DNA of 64,000 nucleotides from a virus: IMG/VR virus record IMGVR_UViG_3300035698_006641, positions 1 to 64,000 of that record; one strand, 5' to 3'. Shown piece by piece: positions 55,113 to 64,000 of this stretch (position 1 is its first letter; each line of letters starts with the position of its first letter). The notes under the pieces were generated by a model. It saw only the letters and a program-made list of their open reading frames with translations, ran no database searches and was not told where the DNA came from. The position numbers and the translations under genes were made by a program.

Positions 55113-56003
55113 TTATTGCCACATAATTTTCTGGTATTCTAGTGAAGAAGTCTCTAAACGTAGAGGATTTATCCATCTATCGTGTTCTTTAGTGACACAA
55201 CAGTCCCCAAGAGATAGGGTAAAAGGGCGTACAGCCCTGCTACATGTTCTTTGTCCTTCAACCCCAAATGGGCAAAAGGCGCAATCATCAGTTGACCCAC
55301 AGAACTCTTCAATCTCACGAGGTTTTCTTGTGTCTTCTAATTTTTTATTTCTACTCTTAAGGGTTCCGCTCGTACCAATATCCGCCATTTTGGAGTACCC
55401 ATCTTCCTCAATCATGTTAACAAACATAAAGCATCCAACTAAGTGAGATGGATGTATTCGTTCATAACTAGGTGCCCAAGTCCCCATTATACCTGCTGTT
55501 TTAGCCAGCCTATTTATTTGCTGTAAAGTACGAAGGGAAGTAGCGTATGTCTTGGTGGAGCTAGATAAAGGACCTGTGAGAAACTGTACTAATAGAGTAA
55601 AGCTTTCACAATCATCTTCGTAAGGGTACACTTCTACGGCCTTAGCTAGACAGTATCCTCCTGTAGTATTATTAAGAGGAAAGTACAGAGGACGTCCTAG
55701 TGACATATCATGAATTCCACCAGATAACCTAGCAATAACGTTTAAGGCCCAGGATTCGCTGCGTCTTCCCCTTCCAACCGTAAGATTCTCTAGAGACCGG
55801 TAAAGCGTGTCTCTAAATAACTGAGATTCTATTGCCCTCTTCGGGAAGAGGCCTAGAGCCCTGCTGAAGAGCATTCTTACCTCTGAGATGGGTCTTGACC
55901 CGTCTAAGGATAGAAGTGTCTCCAGGAGGGCCTCAGAGAGCTTAACTCGCGTTGAGTATATTTCGCTGATCTTCGCGGGTAATTTTAGTCCCTCTTCGAA
56001 CAT
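55113..56003 (-). CDS. Hypothetical protein
   Basis: 296-aa ORF with Cys-rich C-terminus. Confidence 0.7.
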   Translation of the reverse strand: MFEEGLKLPAKISEIYSTRVKLSEALLETLLSLDGSRPISEVRMLFSRALGLFPKRAIESQLFRDTLYRSLENLTVGRGRRSESWALNVIARLSGGIHDMSLGRPLYFPLNNTTGGYCLAKAVEVYPYEDDCESFTLLVQFLTGPLSSSTKTYATSLRTLQQINRLAKTAGIMGTWAPSYERIHPSHLVGCFMFVNMIEEDGYSKMADIGTSGTLKSRNKKLEDTRKPREIEEFCGSTDDCAFCPFGVEGQRTCSRAVRPFTLSLGDCCVTKEHDRWINPLRLETSSLEYQKIMWQ

Positions 56004-56282
56004 TTATTCAGTTGGTTCCGTGCTACTGGGAGTAGAGACGCTAAATCCACTATCAGCTTTATTCGCATCTTCTGACCCACAAACTTTCTTAACGTTAATC
56101 AACGTAGACTTCTTTGCATTACGATCAACTATTGTTGTGGTAGCAGAAAGTGCCTCCATAGACTCGTCCTCTAGCAGGACGCGCTGCATCTCTTTCGGGA
56201 TGTTAGGGTCTATTACGGTTACCCCATCGTCACCAAGAACAGGTTTGCCCCGAGTGTCATTGGTTATTTTAGTCACATTCAT
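56004..56282 (-). CDS. Hypothetical protein
   Basis: Coupled ORF. Confidence 0.6.
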   Translation of the reverse strand: MNVTKITNDTRGKPVLGDDGVTVIDPNIPKEMQRVLLEDESMEALSATTTIVDRNAKKSTLINVKKVCGSEDANKADSGFSVSTPSSTEPTE

Positions 56283-56961
56283 TGGATTTTCCTTTTACGT
56301 TTTCTTTCATGATACCTCTTACCTGATGTGCCACGTCAAGTAACGCTTCTTCGGTTACTTCTGGAGACAGGTGAACACCGCTAATCCATTTGAACTTTAC
56401 AGTCTTACCATCATCGGTTTTCTCTTCTTCCTCTTCAGTGCAAATAACGTACATAAAGTCTGAAAGGGCAATGGTATCTCTACCAAACCTCTCATCAACC
56501 AGCTGTTCGTTTTTTGCATCCGTGATATAGGATAGATACCTATTACCGATAGGCAACTTCTCAGATGTCGTACTCCTTACTAGCAGTGTGTCACGGTCAG
56601 GATGGATTCGATCCACCGACAACCCCAACATTCTGAACTCCCTACGGAGAGGGCAGCTTTCTTCCTCTGCGCTCTTTTTCCTGTACCCATATCCCTCACC
56701 TAGGAAATACGTACCCGGAATATTACATCTCATCGTGTACGCGTAGTCCTCCGGGTCCGGACATTCTTCCAAACTATAGTATACAACAAAGTGTCGTCCT
56801 ACCGAGTCAGTGTCCCTTAGGGTCAATGTCATCCCAAGGGAATTCTCCTTCCCAGGGAACACATCATTTGTGGAGAACTCCCATCCGTCTACGTATACTC
56901 CTCCTAGGCCCTCTTTTATAAGAACCTTGATCCATTTATCGTGCATTCTACTGTCCTGCAA
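56269..56961 (-). CDS. Hypothetical protein
   Basis: 230-aa ORF. Confidence 0.65.
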   Translation of the reverse strand: MQDSRMHDKWIKVLIKEGLGGVYVDGWEFSTNDVFPGKENSLGMTLTLRDTDSVGRHFVVYYSLEECPDPEDYAYTMRCNIPGTYFLGEGYGYRKKSAEEESCPLRREFRMLGLSVDRIHPDRDTLLVRSTTSEKLPIGNRYLSYITDAKNEQLVDERFGRDTIALSDFMYVICTEEEEEKTDDGKTVKFKWISGVHLSPEVTEEALLDVAHQVRGIMKENVKGKSNECD

Positions 56962-57880
56962 TTGGAGCGAGAAGGCTACGACGTTTTTCCTTTGTCACAA
57001 TATTATTGCGACCACGGGAAAATGCACCACACTTAGTACAACGATACATTGGGAATTTACTCACGTTCGTAGGGAACGTTCTGTCTTCAACCAGTTCTGC
57101 ACTACCACACTTGCTACAAGCCATTACTTCCTCATCTTGGTAAATACCAACATTTGGATGGTTCTTCATGTAGGGGAGAAGCCTTATGTAAACTTTCTCC
57201 AAGAGGACAACATCCTGAGTGTTATACCCTCTCATTTTCTCCCATGCTTCTAGATCCCCGGCCATGCAATCCTTCCATAGCTGGAATCCACCGGTATCGG
57301 CTTTCTCTCCGAGTCCGAGGTATACTCCCAAGTCGCCAAGGGCGTTTGACGTAAACATAAAGCTCTTACGGGCCTCAAGCAACGTGTCTACGATCTTGTA
57401 CGGGGACGGAGGCAGCATTCCATGAATAGCGAATCGTGCGTTAACCTTACGGCGGTCAAACTTTTTACAGTTATGCGCGATTAAGATGTCACATTCGTCT
57501 AGCAAGGACCACAGCTCCTCTAGGAGAATACGGTCATTCTTAGGATTTATTGAGTACTCTTCGTAATCAGTTAGCGTCTTGGTTGTGATATCTTTTTCAC
57601 CAAACCATTTTGCTGACCAACTCATGATGTACCAGTCATCTTTAATAAAGGCCGTGCTGTTCACGTCCTTCCATAGCTGCCAGATATACGCTTCACTAGG
57701 GGCATTCTCAATATCGAATAATAGTATTCGAGGTCCGCTTTGTGTTTTAAATGCAATTCTATCGTGTAGAGCGGCGCTGCGTTTAATGGTATCTGGCTTA
57801 ACGCCTTCAACCTTTGCAGCCATGTCTACGCCTAAGTCTCTAAGTAATTTATATCTGCGCTCTTGTGTTTCCATTGTCAT
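56948..57880 (-). CDS. RNase H-like DEDD exonuclease (RNase_H_2 type) with C-terminal Zn ribbon
   Basis: LFDIEN, AHNCKKFD, VDTL, YNTQDV, CSKCG..CTKCG. Confidence 0.88.
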   Translation of the reverse strand: MTMETQERRYKLLRDLGVDMAAKVEGVKPDTIKRSAALHDRIAFKTQSGPRILLFDIENAPSEAYIWQLWKDVNSTAFIKDDWYIMSWSAKWFGEKDITTKTLTDYEEYSINPKNDRILLEELWSLLDECDILIAHNCKKFDRRKVNARFAIHGMLPPSPYKIVDTLLEARKSFMFTSNALGDLGVYLGLGEKADTGGFQLWKDCMAGDLEAWEKMRGYNTQDVVLLEKVYIRLLPYMKNHPNVGIYQDEEVMACSKCGSAELVEDRTFPTNVSKFPMYRCTKCGAFSRGRNNIVTKEKRRSLLAPIAGQ

Positions 57881-58102
57881 ATGTTCTTTCTATTAACATT
57901 TTATGATTTCTCCCGTAGGAGTAACGTGATGATTCCAACCCAATGAGCCAATAGGCTCTAGGAAACACACGTTTTATTGTTCTTCATTTTACTGCTGAAG
58001 CAGGCAGAGTCTTGATGTATGAGTAGACTAATCTATTTTTGTTTACTTTTGTTTACTCTGTATTTTTGTCCTTGTTTATAGTTACTAAATGGAGCTTCAG
58101 CT

Positions 58103-58858
58103 CTAGTCAGAGGTTTCAGTCTTATGGTCGCCAATCAAATAGGGATCACACATATTACCTACCACTCTTTTCAGGGCTTCAACTTTGTTTCTTGAGATTT
58201 TCAATTGGTTCAGATAGTCGACTTGGGGTCCTTCATCATCAGCACCCATTATAGCAGCAATGTGCAACGTCATGTCACCCTCTACTAAGTCTGTCATTTT
58301 GTCTAATGTACTGTTGAGCTTCTTTACCGTCTTAAACGGCCCAGCTCCACCACGAGACTCTTTTCTATCTTCAACTGGGTGTAGTTCCTTAACCATATCC
58401 GGGATCTGTGCAGAGCCTGACGCCCCGGACTCAATCTCATCAATTATCTCAGTTCTCTCATCATCACTAACGTCACTGATACACATAGGAAGCGCCTTAG
58501 ATACAGGGACCCCTAGGGTTTTAAGCTTAGTTAGTTGAGTGGCTGTGATGGCTTCTCGAAACGTTAACATCTTACGTAAGGTTGAGTCAGAGTAGTCTAG
58601 GTATCCACCGGACACACTGAGAACAGCTTCTGAGAGATTAGAAAGAATCTTAGATAGACTCAGTGTATCATCAACCTCTTGTTGGTCGTTTACAAAGTCG
58701 TGCAGCATTTCTCCTACAGTCCAATATGTATCCAACACGTTATTCTGGGCCTTAGCCAGTCTCTCACACAGATCTTTAATAGCATCCAGATAATTTTGGT
58801 CATCTGTGGGTGCTAGAGTCAGATCAAAAACAGGTACTTCAATAGCTTCTTTTTTCAT
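58103..58858 (-). CDS. Hypothetical protein (DUF1016 N-terminus-like)
   Basis: DTYWTVGEML...STLRKMLTF. Confidence 0.6.
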   Translation of the reverse strand: MKKEAIEVPVFDLTLAPTDDQNYLDAIKDLCERLAKAQNNVLDTYWTVGEMLHDFVNDQQEVDDTLSLSKILSNLSEAVLSVSGGYLDYSDSTLRKMLTFREAITATQLTKLKTLGVPVSKALPMCISDVSDDERTEIIDEIESGASGSAQIPDMVKELHPVEDRKESRGGAGPFKTVKKLNSTLDKMTDLVEGDMTLHIAAIMGADDEGPQVDYLNQLKISRNKVEALKRVVGNMCDPYLIGDHKTETSD

Positions 58859-58985
58859 AAATAATTCTCCAAATTTACATTTTTACTACAGGGTTCTAAA
58901 ACAAGCATGACACCATACAAGACAGACAATGCTTAAAATTATATACATCCCTACTCGTATAACGTGATAAAAGTTTAAAGCAAAC

Positions 58986-59444
58986 TCAATCATCGAACTC
59001 GTGCCACATACTGTCTAAGAAGTCATCAAGCCGCATAATAGTTAGTCCAGAACAATCTTTATTTTGAACTCGCGCAGTAAATCGTCCTGCGCTGAAATAC
59101 CCGTCATTTGATTCTTCTGGCAGTATTATATACAGGGCGGTTGTGGACGGAATAGAGAAAATAAACATCCAGTCATCAGATTGGTCTCCGGCTAGGAATT
59201 TATTAAATGCAGTACACACCGAAGTTTTTTTAAACGCGTTGAGTAATGACCCTAACTGCATAGGCCGTGTCTCTTTATACCCACCAATTCGAGTCCCAAT
59301 ATATTCTAGGTTACCTAGCTGCTCCAATGTCTCTACATGCTTAGTCTTATTAAAGTCCTCGTTAAAGGCCTTCTTGTACTTAGGGAGTACAAACTTAATG
59401 ACTTTTCTTTCAAACAACTCTTGATCAGCATTTTGAACTGCCAT
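58986..59444 (-). CDS. Hypothetical protein
   Basis: 152-aa ORF. Confidence 0.65.
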   Translation of the reverse strand: MAVQNADQELFERKVIKFVLPKYKKAFNEDFNKTKHVETLEQLGNLEYIGTRIGGYKETRPMQLGSLLNAFKKTSVCTAFNKFLAGDQSDDWMFIFSIPSTTALYIILPEESNDGYFSAGRFTARVQNKDCSGLTIMRLDDFLDSMWHEFDD

Positions 59445-59445
59445 A

Positions 59446-60096
59446 TCACATCATATCCTCTCGTCGGTCACCGACAATACACTTTACCATTTCGTCCACC
59501 TTCCAAGCCAACTCATCTAATGATCCACTGTTATCAATCGTGTAGTCCCAGTTACCTACTGATACTAACTCATTTTCACTTATATGTGTATCAGAGGAGT
59601 TCTCTGGCCCTCTTAGAACTAGGGCACAAAATCCACCAAGACCTTTAATCTTGTACATCTCGTTAATGAACCTCATGTCAGAGATCACCAAGCGGTCTGG
59701 TATTTCCGAATTAAACATGGCGTTGACCCAGAACTTATTGTCATAGGCCCTGATTATGTCAGTCCCCAAGTGTTGGAGTAGGTTACGGAATTTACCGTCA
59801 GCATCAGTCTCCAAAAGCCACTCCTGAGGAACTCCTAAATCACAGTATGCCAGATTCCGTTCAATTCCGAATCCCAAATTTCCGTATTTAGTGTACCAGT
59901 CCTGTAGACTGTGTGCGTGTACTGGTAACGTTGATATAGACGACATTCGTGTTACGAGAATCTCAGACAACTCCTTAAGTGGTGCTGCAAAGCTTTTCTT
60001 AACAAACCCATGACGAGCCACCAACATATCAGCAACAGTGTCTTTACCGGTTCTTTTTCTGAACCCTAAACCTAATACTATTTTTTTATCCATCAT
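59446..60096 (-). CDS. Deoxynucleoside monophosphate kinase
   Basis: GFRKRTGKDT, FAAPLKE, RNLLQHLGTD, SDMRFINE, HISE. Confidence 0.92.
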   Translation of the reverse strand: MMDKKIVLGLGFRKRTGKDTVADMLVARHGFVKKSFAAPLKELSEILVTRMSSISTLPVHAHSLQDWYTKYGNLGFGIERNLAYCDLGVPQEWLLETDADGKFRNLLQHLGTDIIRAYDNKFWVNAMFNSEIPDRLVISDMRFINEMYKIKGLGGFCALVLRGPENSSDTHISENELVSVGNWDYTIDNSGSLDELAWKVDEMVKCIVGDRREDMM

Positions 60097-60680
60097 AGAA
60101 TTGGACCCCTCAAAGATGTAGCCGTGATTATTAAATTGGCTTGATGAAATGCATCAGACAAAGCTGAATGCTTAACTCCAGAGAATGAAACCTCATCCTT
60201 TAGTTTACGCCCAGTAGTCTCCTCAAGCTCTCCGAGGAGAGTACGAAGACACCGATCATTCCAAAACTTCCAAGGTAGCACTATACCGACCTGGTCAAAA
60301 GCATCCGCCAGCATTGCATTATCAAAACTAGCACCGTTACCCCATACCCTAACCTGATTCAGATTACAGTTGGACTGTATAAAGTCCCTAAGTTTTGTGA
60401 GAGCAGTATAGAGACAAATAGACTCCTTTGCTCCTTCAGTAAGTGCTTTTCTAGCATCTTGACTCTGAGACAACCACCACCTTAAAGTGGATCCATTCAT
60501 TTCTCTACCGGATTTTACTTGATCATCAAAGTCTATGAAAACCTCAAATGTCTCACAGCCGCCACCCTCTAGGTTACACCTATTGAATGCTACGGCACCA
60601 ATTGAGGCTATAACCGATCTAGGGATCTTTCCGAACGTTTCTAGGTCCAAACTAATGTCTGTGTAATTTTTATTAATCAT
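60093..60680 (-). CDS. 3'-5' exonuclease (Rv2179c/exonuclease VIII-like)
   Basis: LDLET, SIGAV, WGNGASFD, DRCLRT, HSALSDA. Confidence 0.9.
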   Translation of the reverse strand: MINKNYTDISLDLETFGKIPRSVIASIGAVAFNRCNLEGGGCETFEVFIDFDDQVKSGREMNGSTLRWWLSQSQDARKALTEGAKESICLYTALTKLRDFIQSNCNLNQVRVWGNGASFDNAMLADAFDQVGIVLPWKFWNDRCLRTLLGELEETTGRKLKDEVSFSGVKHSALSDAFHQANLIITATSLRGPIL

Positions 60681-60987
60681 TCCTTACCCTATTTATAAGC
60701 TCAGCTACTTGTGTTTTGGAGATACTTCTTTCGGTACCGTCATTCGCGTAGATTTCAGCGATGTCTATTAAGGGTAGGAGAGCATGGTAACAAATATCCA
60801 GTGCCTCAATTGCCTCTATAGGGAAAACAGTTCTATTCCACCATCTGGAAGCGTCTTCAACAGAACCAAAGTCACACACTTTTAACCCACAATCATCACA
60901 CTCAATCCAAACCCATCCTTGACTATCACGGTGAACTGATGCCTGCCCACCACAAGAGCATGAGTTTAGTTTAATATCCTCATTCAT
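60673..60987 (-). CDS. Lar-like restriction alleviation Zn-finger protein
   Basis: LNSCSCGGQA...IECDDCG...WWNR. Confidence 0.7.
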   Translation of the reverse strand: MNEDIKLNSCSCGGQASVHRDSQGWVWIECDDCGLKVCDFGSVEDASRWWNRTVFPIEAIEALDICYHALLPLIDIAEIYANDGTERSISKTQVAELINRVRND

Positions 60988-62164
60988 AAGATTCTCTGTC
61001 CCAGTCTTTAACTACACCGAACCTTAACTTCCCAGCTGGAGTAAGTCCTTGGTACGAAACGGTTACTGTCTTTCCTATATAGTTCTCTCGGTTTTTAAAC
61101 TTATCCCTGCAGAACCCTTCAGACCCTTTAACCCCAGCCCCACTTATAATTCCTCCAGGAAGTCTTACTAGAACCTGCTTAGCTTTTCCGGCCCAAGCAC
61201 CAACTCCATCAGACACTTCTAATAGTTCAAATTCCGCATCGCTGAATGGTTTGACCTTCAGAAGGTTCCAGGTTCGTTTGTCCTCCTCGTATCCAAGGTT
61301 GTACCTGAGCATAGCGCCCTCATAACCTTGATCTAAGAGCTCTTCATAAACAGACTCAACTTCTTGATGGTTCCTTACCGAGATTGAAGAGACTAATTGT
61401 ATCACTCCTATCACTTCCGGGAATTCATAAGTAATCACCTGAACGAATCGAGACATGCGATCAAGGAACGGAGCATCCAATCCCAGACCGTCAATTGATG
61501 GAACATCATAAATATGGTATTGTACAACCGCCTTGATAGCCTCTCTTTTTTCGTCATCCATATGCTCTTCTGACTTTTTAATCAGAGAGACAAGGGAATT
61601 GAAGTCATCCTTTAGAGACTCATTGTAAAGTTCTCCATCGAGCCTTAAGTCCGGGTATTTCTCGAAGACGGGCTTTAGGGTTTCAAGTACATGAAATCCA
61701 CCACCGAATGGCTTACCTTTGCGGGAAAGGCCCTTATCCTTATCAACCTCAAATCTCAGACCATCTAGTTTACTTTGACATATTGCAGGAAACTTCACCT
61801 TATCGGGCTTCGTGTAGGCCTTGAGATCCTTGTCCCAACCACATAGAGTGAAGTATTCTTTAGCCAACATTGGTTTGAAGAATGCTGCCCGTGCCTCTGA
61901 CACATTGTTAATATCCTCTGTGTATCCTGAGTCCAGCTTCTTCTGGTACTTAGATGCTGCTTCGGACTCTGCCTGTTCATCAGGGGTTGTCGCATTAGAG
62001 CGTCCAACGTTCTTAGCTACAGCTACTGTGGGTTTATTCACCTTGATCTTCCCGCCTACCTGTCCAGACTCGGACCAGTATTTGGAACCATCTGTGAATA
62101 CGGCCCACTGCTGCAATTTTCCTGTGCTTGACTCTTTAAATAGAGTCTCTTTAATTTGATTCAT
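60980..62164 (-). CDS. ATP-dependent DNA ligase with N-terminal WGR-like domain
   Basis: PMLAK, QSKLDGLR, LDGELY, YHIYD, EGAMLR, LLKVK. Confidence 0.93.
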   Translation of the reverse strand: MNQIKETLFKESSTGKLQQWAVFTDGSKYWSESGQVGGKIKVNKPTVAVAKNVGRSNATTPDEQAESEAASKYQKKLDSGYTEDINNVSEARAAFFKPMLAKEYFTLCGWDKDLKAYTKPDKVKFPAICQSKLDGLRFEVDKDKGLSRKGKPFGGGFHVLETLKPVFEKYPDLRLDGELYNESLKDDFNSLVSLIKKSEEHMDDEKREAIKAVVQYHIYDVPSIDGLGLDAPFLDRMSRFVQVITYEFPEVIGVIQLVSSISVRNHQEVESVYEELLDQGYEGAMLRYNLGYEEDKRTWNLLKVKPFSDAEFELLEVSDGVGAWAGKAKQVLVRLPGGIISGAGVKGSEGFCRDKFKNRENYIGKTVTVSYQGLTPAGKLRFGVVKDWDRESYE

Positions 62165-62281
62165 AATCTATCACTCTCCGTTTTCTTCGTTAAATACTTC
62201 AACGACACAGCCAAACGTGGCCGCGGTGTTACGTCCTTCTTTGATACTATAGACCCTATAATTAGAATTACGTTTCGCTCT

Positions 62282-63499
62282 CTATTGACTTGGAGGTGCA
62301 AACTCTCTAATCGGGTGTATAGCTATACATAACTCGTTCTGCAGCAACGCCATAACTTCCGGAGTGTTCTGAAGCTTCAGACCAAACTCAGTAGCTCTGA
62401 TGAAGTCATCAACGCCAAGAGTGCTGCTCTTCGCAAACATTCCGTGGCCCTGAACGTACTTCGTTTCCATATCAAACACCTTCTTAATTTTGTTGTAGTG
62501 TTGTGACAGGAAGTGAGTATCTGCTGCACCCCAGTCATACGCAACTTCACGATGCTTCATTCCATCCTCGTCAGTCGAGTAATTAACGATCACTGGTACG
62601 GAAATGGTTTGATCAGGTCCATCAGGGCCGATTGCGCTGAATCGAACACCCATCGTAATGATGCGGCCTTCTTTTCCTGCACCGGGCTTGTTAGCCTTCG
62701 CCTTATTGTAGGCAGAGGTTCCACCTTTCTTGAATGTCAGGTCAAGGGATGTATAGTAGTCCTGAGACACTCCACCAGCTCTAACCCTTCCAGCGAACCC
62801 GTCTTGACGTGCCTGCTCCTGATTCACGTAATGGAATACAGAGGGCCATCGCTCAGACATACCACCACAAGTTAGGCGACGTCCACTATCCCTAAAGAAC
62901 TGATAAAGAGACTTGGCGTTCTGCTGGCCTACTCGGCTCATAGCAACTCCGCCCTCGTTCTCTACAAGCTCATCGGTTCCAGCTTTACAGTTTGCACCTG
63001 TCAGCGTGTCTAGGATTGTGATGGACGGGATGAGGCACTCTTTTGGTGTCGCATACGTCTTCATGATATCCGCAGACTGCTTCAGTACAATAGACTGCCA
63101 CTGCTCATTGGTAGTGGCCACAGTAAGTGTACACCGCTGTCGAAGGATCTCTGGGTCGATTCCAGTCGCGTCAATCATGTCACGGAGGGTATCAGCCGCT
63201 GCCTTGGTCTCGGTGTCGATTACGTTTGCCATCCCACCAGCCATAATGAACCACTGCATCAATTGGTATCCGAATGTAGACTTAAAAGTCTTCGGCTCAC
63301 CAGCTGAACTGGTCATACGTCCCAAAGGCCATCCGTTAGAGTTGATAAGCCACTGAAGAGCAATCGTTGGGACTGCCACAACCTCAAGGGTCTTAGATGG
63401 ATCGCTATATGGGACAGCCATTGTTCCACTGTCCGCAGCCGCGGAAACCATGATGTCCATCATTGCTGCGTACGGATCTTTAGATTTAACAGCAGCCAT
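62282..63499 (-). CDS. RecA/UvsX-like recombinase
   Basis: GWPLGR...GEPKTFKST Walker A, IDTE, ILDTL, YVNQ, AGG. Confidence 0.88.
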   Translation of the reverse strand: MAAVKSKDPYAAMMDIMVSAAADSGTMAVPYSDPSKTLEVVAVPTIALQWLINSNGWPLGRMTSSAGEPKTFKSTFGYQLMQWFIMAGGMANVIDTETKAAADTLRDMIDATGIDPEILRQRCTLTVATTNEQWQSIVLKQSADIMKTYATPKECLIPSITILDTLTGANCKAGTDELVENEGGVAMSRVGQQNAKSLYQFFRDSGRRLTCGGMSERWPSVFHYVNQEQARQDGFAGRVRAGGVSQDYYTSLDLTFKKGGTSAYNKAKANKPGAGKEGRIITMGVRFSAIGPDGPDQTISVPVIVNYSTDEDGMKHREVAYDWGAADTHFLSQHYNKIKKVFDMETKYVQGHGMFAKSSTLGVDDFIRATEFGLKLQNTPEVMALLQNELCIAIHPIREFAPPSQ

Positions 63500-63918
63500 T
63501 AAACGGAACCCTTAATGGACGCAATGAACTTAGAGAGGTCTTCAGCAGCGGCCTCACCCAGATTAATAGCATCGAGTAGTGGCTGGGCTTTTAGATCCAG
63601 TTCTAGGCGTTTAGCCGCCCAAACTTCTTTAGCTGCGTCAAACTTTGCTTCAGATTTAACTAGCTCCTTCGGCACTTCTATAATATCGGAAATATTAATT
63701 GTCAGAGACCCATAATACGAGCTTTCGCATACGACTTGTTTAATTTCTTTAACTATCTCCGCTTTAGTTTTAAGCTTAAGAGTACCATTCTCCACACTAT
63801 CCCTAATAGCCTGCGGCATAAATAAGGACTTAGCCGGGAATGCGCCTGAGGCGTTGGCAATTTCACTTTTAATCCGACCTACCATGTAGTCTTTTTCTTG
63901 TTTATTTAATTTAGACAT
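63499..63918 (-). CDS. Hypothetical protein
   Basis: 139-aa ORF coupled to the recombinase. Confidence 0.7.
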   Translation of the reverse strand: MSKLNKQEKDYMVGRIKSEIANASGAFPAKSLFMPQAIRDSVENGTLKLKTKAEIVKEIKQVVCESSYYGSLTINISDIIEVPKELVKSEAKFDAAKEVWAAKRLELDLKAQPLLDAINLGEAAAEDLSKFIASIKGSV

Positions 63919-64000
63919 ACTACTTTTTCTTTCTTTTTTTCTTTTTTAACCTAAAATACTTTGCAGCTCCATTCTCTGAAACCAAGCGCCACCACCCTCC

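Larger units (their letters stand above)
1..64000 (-). other. Segment of a large lytic-type tailed phage genome encoding its own two-barrel RNA polymerase
   Basis: Dense co-oriented small ORFs, YopX, RNA ligase, HNH, portal-like gene, phage-type RecA/ligase/dNMP kinase/NrdDG and tRNAs; no cellular housekeeping operons. Confidence 0.95.

Noticed and set aside
18188-58962. Shared TTATACGAGTA 11-mer upstream of two -10-like boxes (about 18190 and 58955)
   Set aside because: Spacing to the -10 differs and the same 11-mer occurs inside nrdD; indistinguishable from chance
7124-62284. TAG recoding or read-through: TAG stops at 7202, 10934 and 62282 are each followed by 19-36 open in-frame codons
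   Set aside because: Long conserved genes (RNAP, NrdD, portal, ligase) have no internal TAG, many TAG-ending genes are coupled to the next start, and there is no suppressor tRNA in the window; chance or single nonsense mutations suffice
68-63715. Most plus-strand ORFs in the supplied track
   Set aside because: They are antisense shadows of well-supported minus-strand genes; only 14696-15052 and 49199-49453 have recognisable motifs

Overview
This 64 kb window is a segment of a large (jumbo-like) tailed dsDNA bacteriophage genome. It is gene-dense and almost entirely minus-strand, with no rRNA, CRISPR array or cellular operons. Read in the direction of transcription (high to low coordinates), it contains seven blocks. 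(1) Replication and nucleotide metabolism: RecA/UvsX-like recombinase, ATP-dependent DNA ligase, Lar-like protein, two DEDD exonucleases, dNMP kinase, and class III RNR nrdG/nrdD. (2) A probable head operon with a portal-like gene. (3) An accessory/counter-defence block: three metallophosphoesterases, two tRNA-Arg genes, NADAR, a Prs-like + Nampt-like pair matching the NARP1 NAD+ reconstitution pathway, NT5C and peptide deformylase. (4) A 1619-aa phage RNA polymerase that fuses beta to the N-terminal half of beta'. (5) A promoter-proximal region of structured RNA and micro-ORFs. (6) A membrane/peptidase cassette. (7) Small early-type genes, including RNA ligase, YopX proteins and a fractured radical SAM gene. 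The main unusual signals are as follows. A four-copy phage-specific promoter motif (CTTAA-N14-YTGGHATAAYA) precedes early-type blocks, while sigma70-type promoters precede the RNAP and virion genes, suggesting a two-polymerase programme. Three inteins sit at catalytic motifs: one apparently split around a broken HNH, one starting with Thr, and one mini-intein in RNAP. Also present are a 190-bp IscB/IS605-type miniature element inserted exactly at a start codon, a tRNA-Arg(CCU) with a long variable arm, an exact 82-bp structured leader repeat, several candidate ncRNAs and an MKR minigene. All calls come from reading motifs by eye; no database searches were run.
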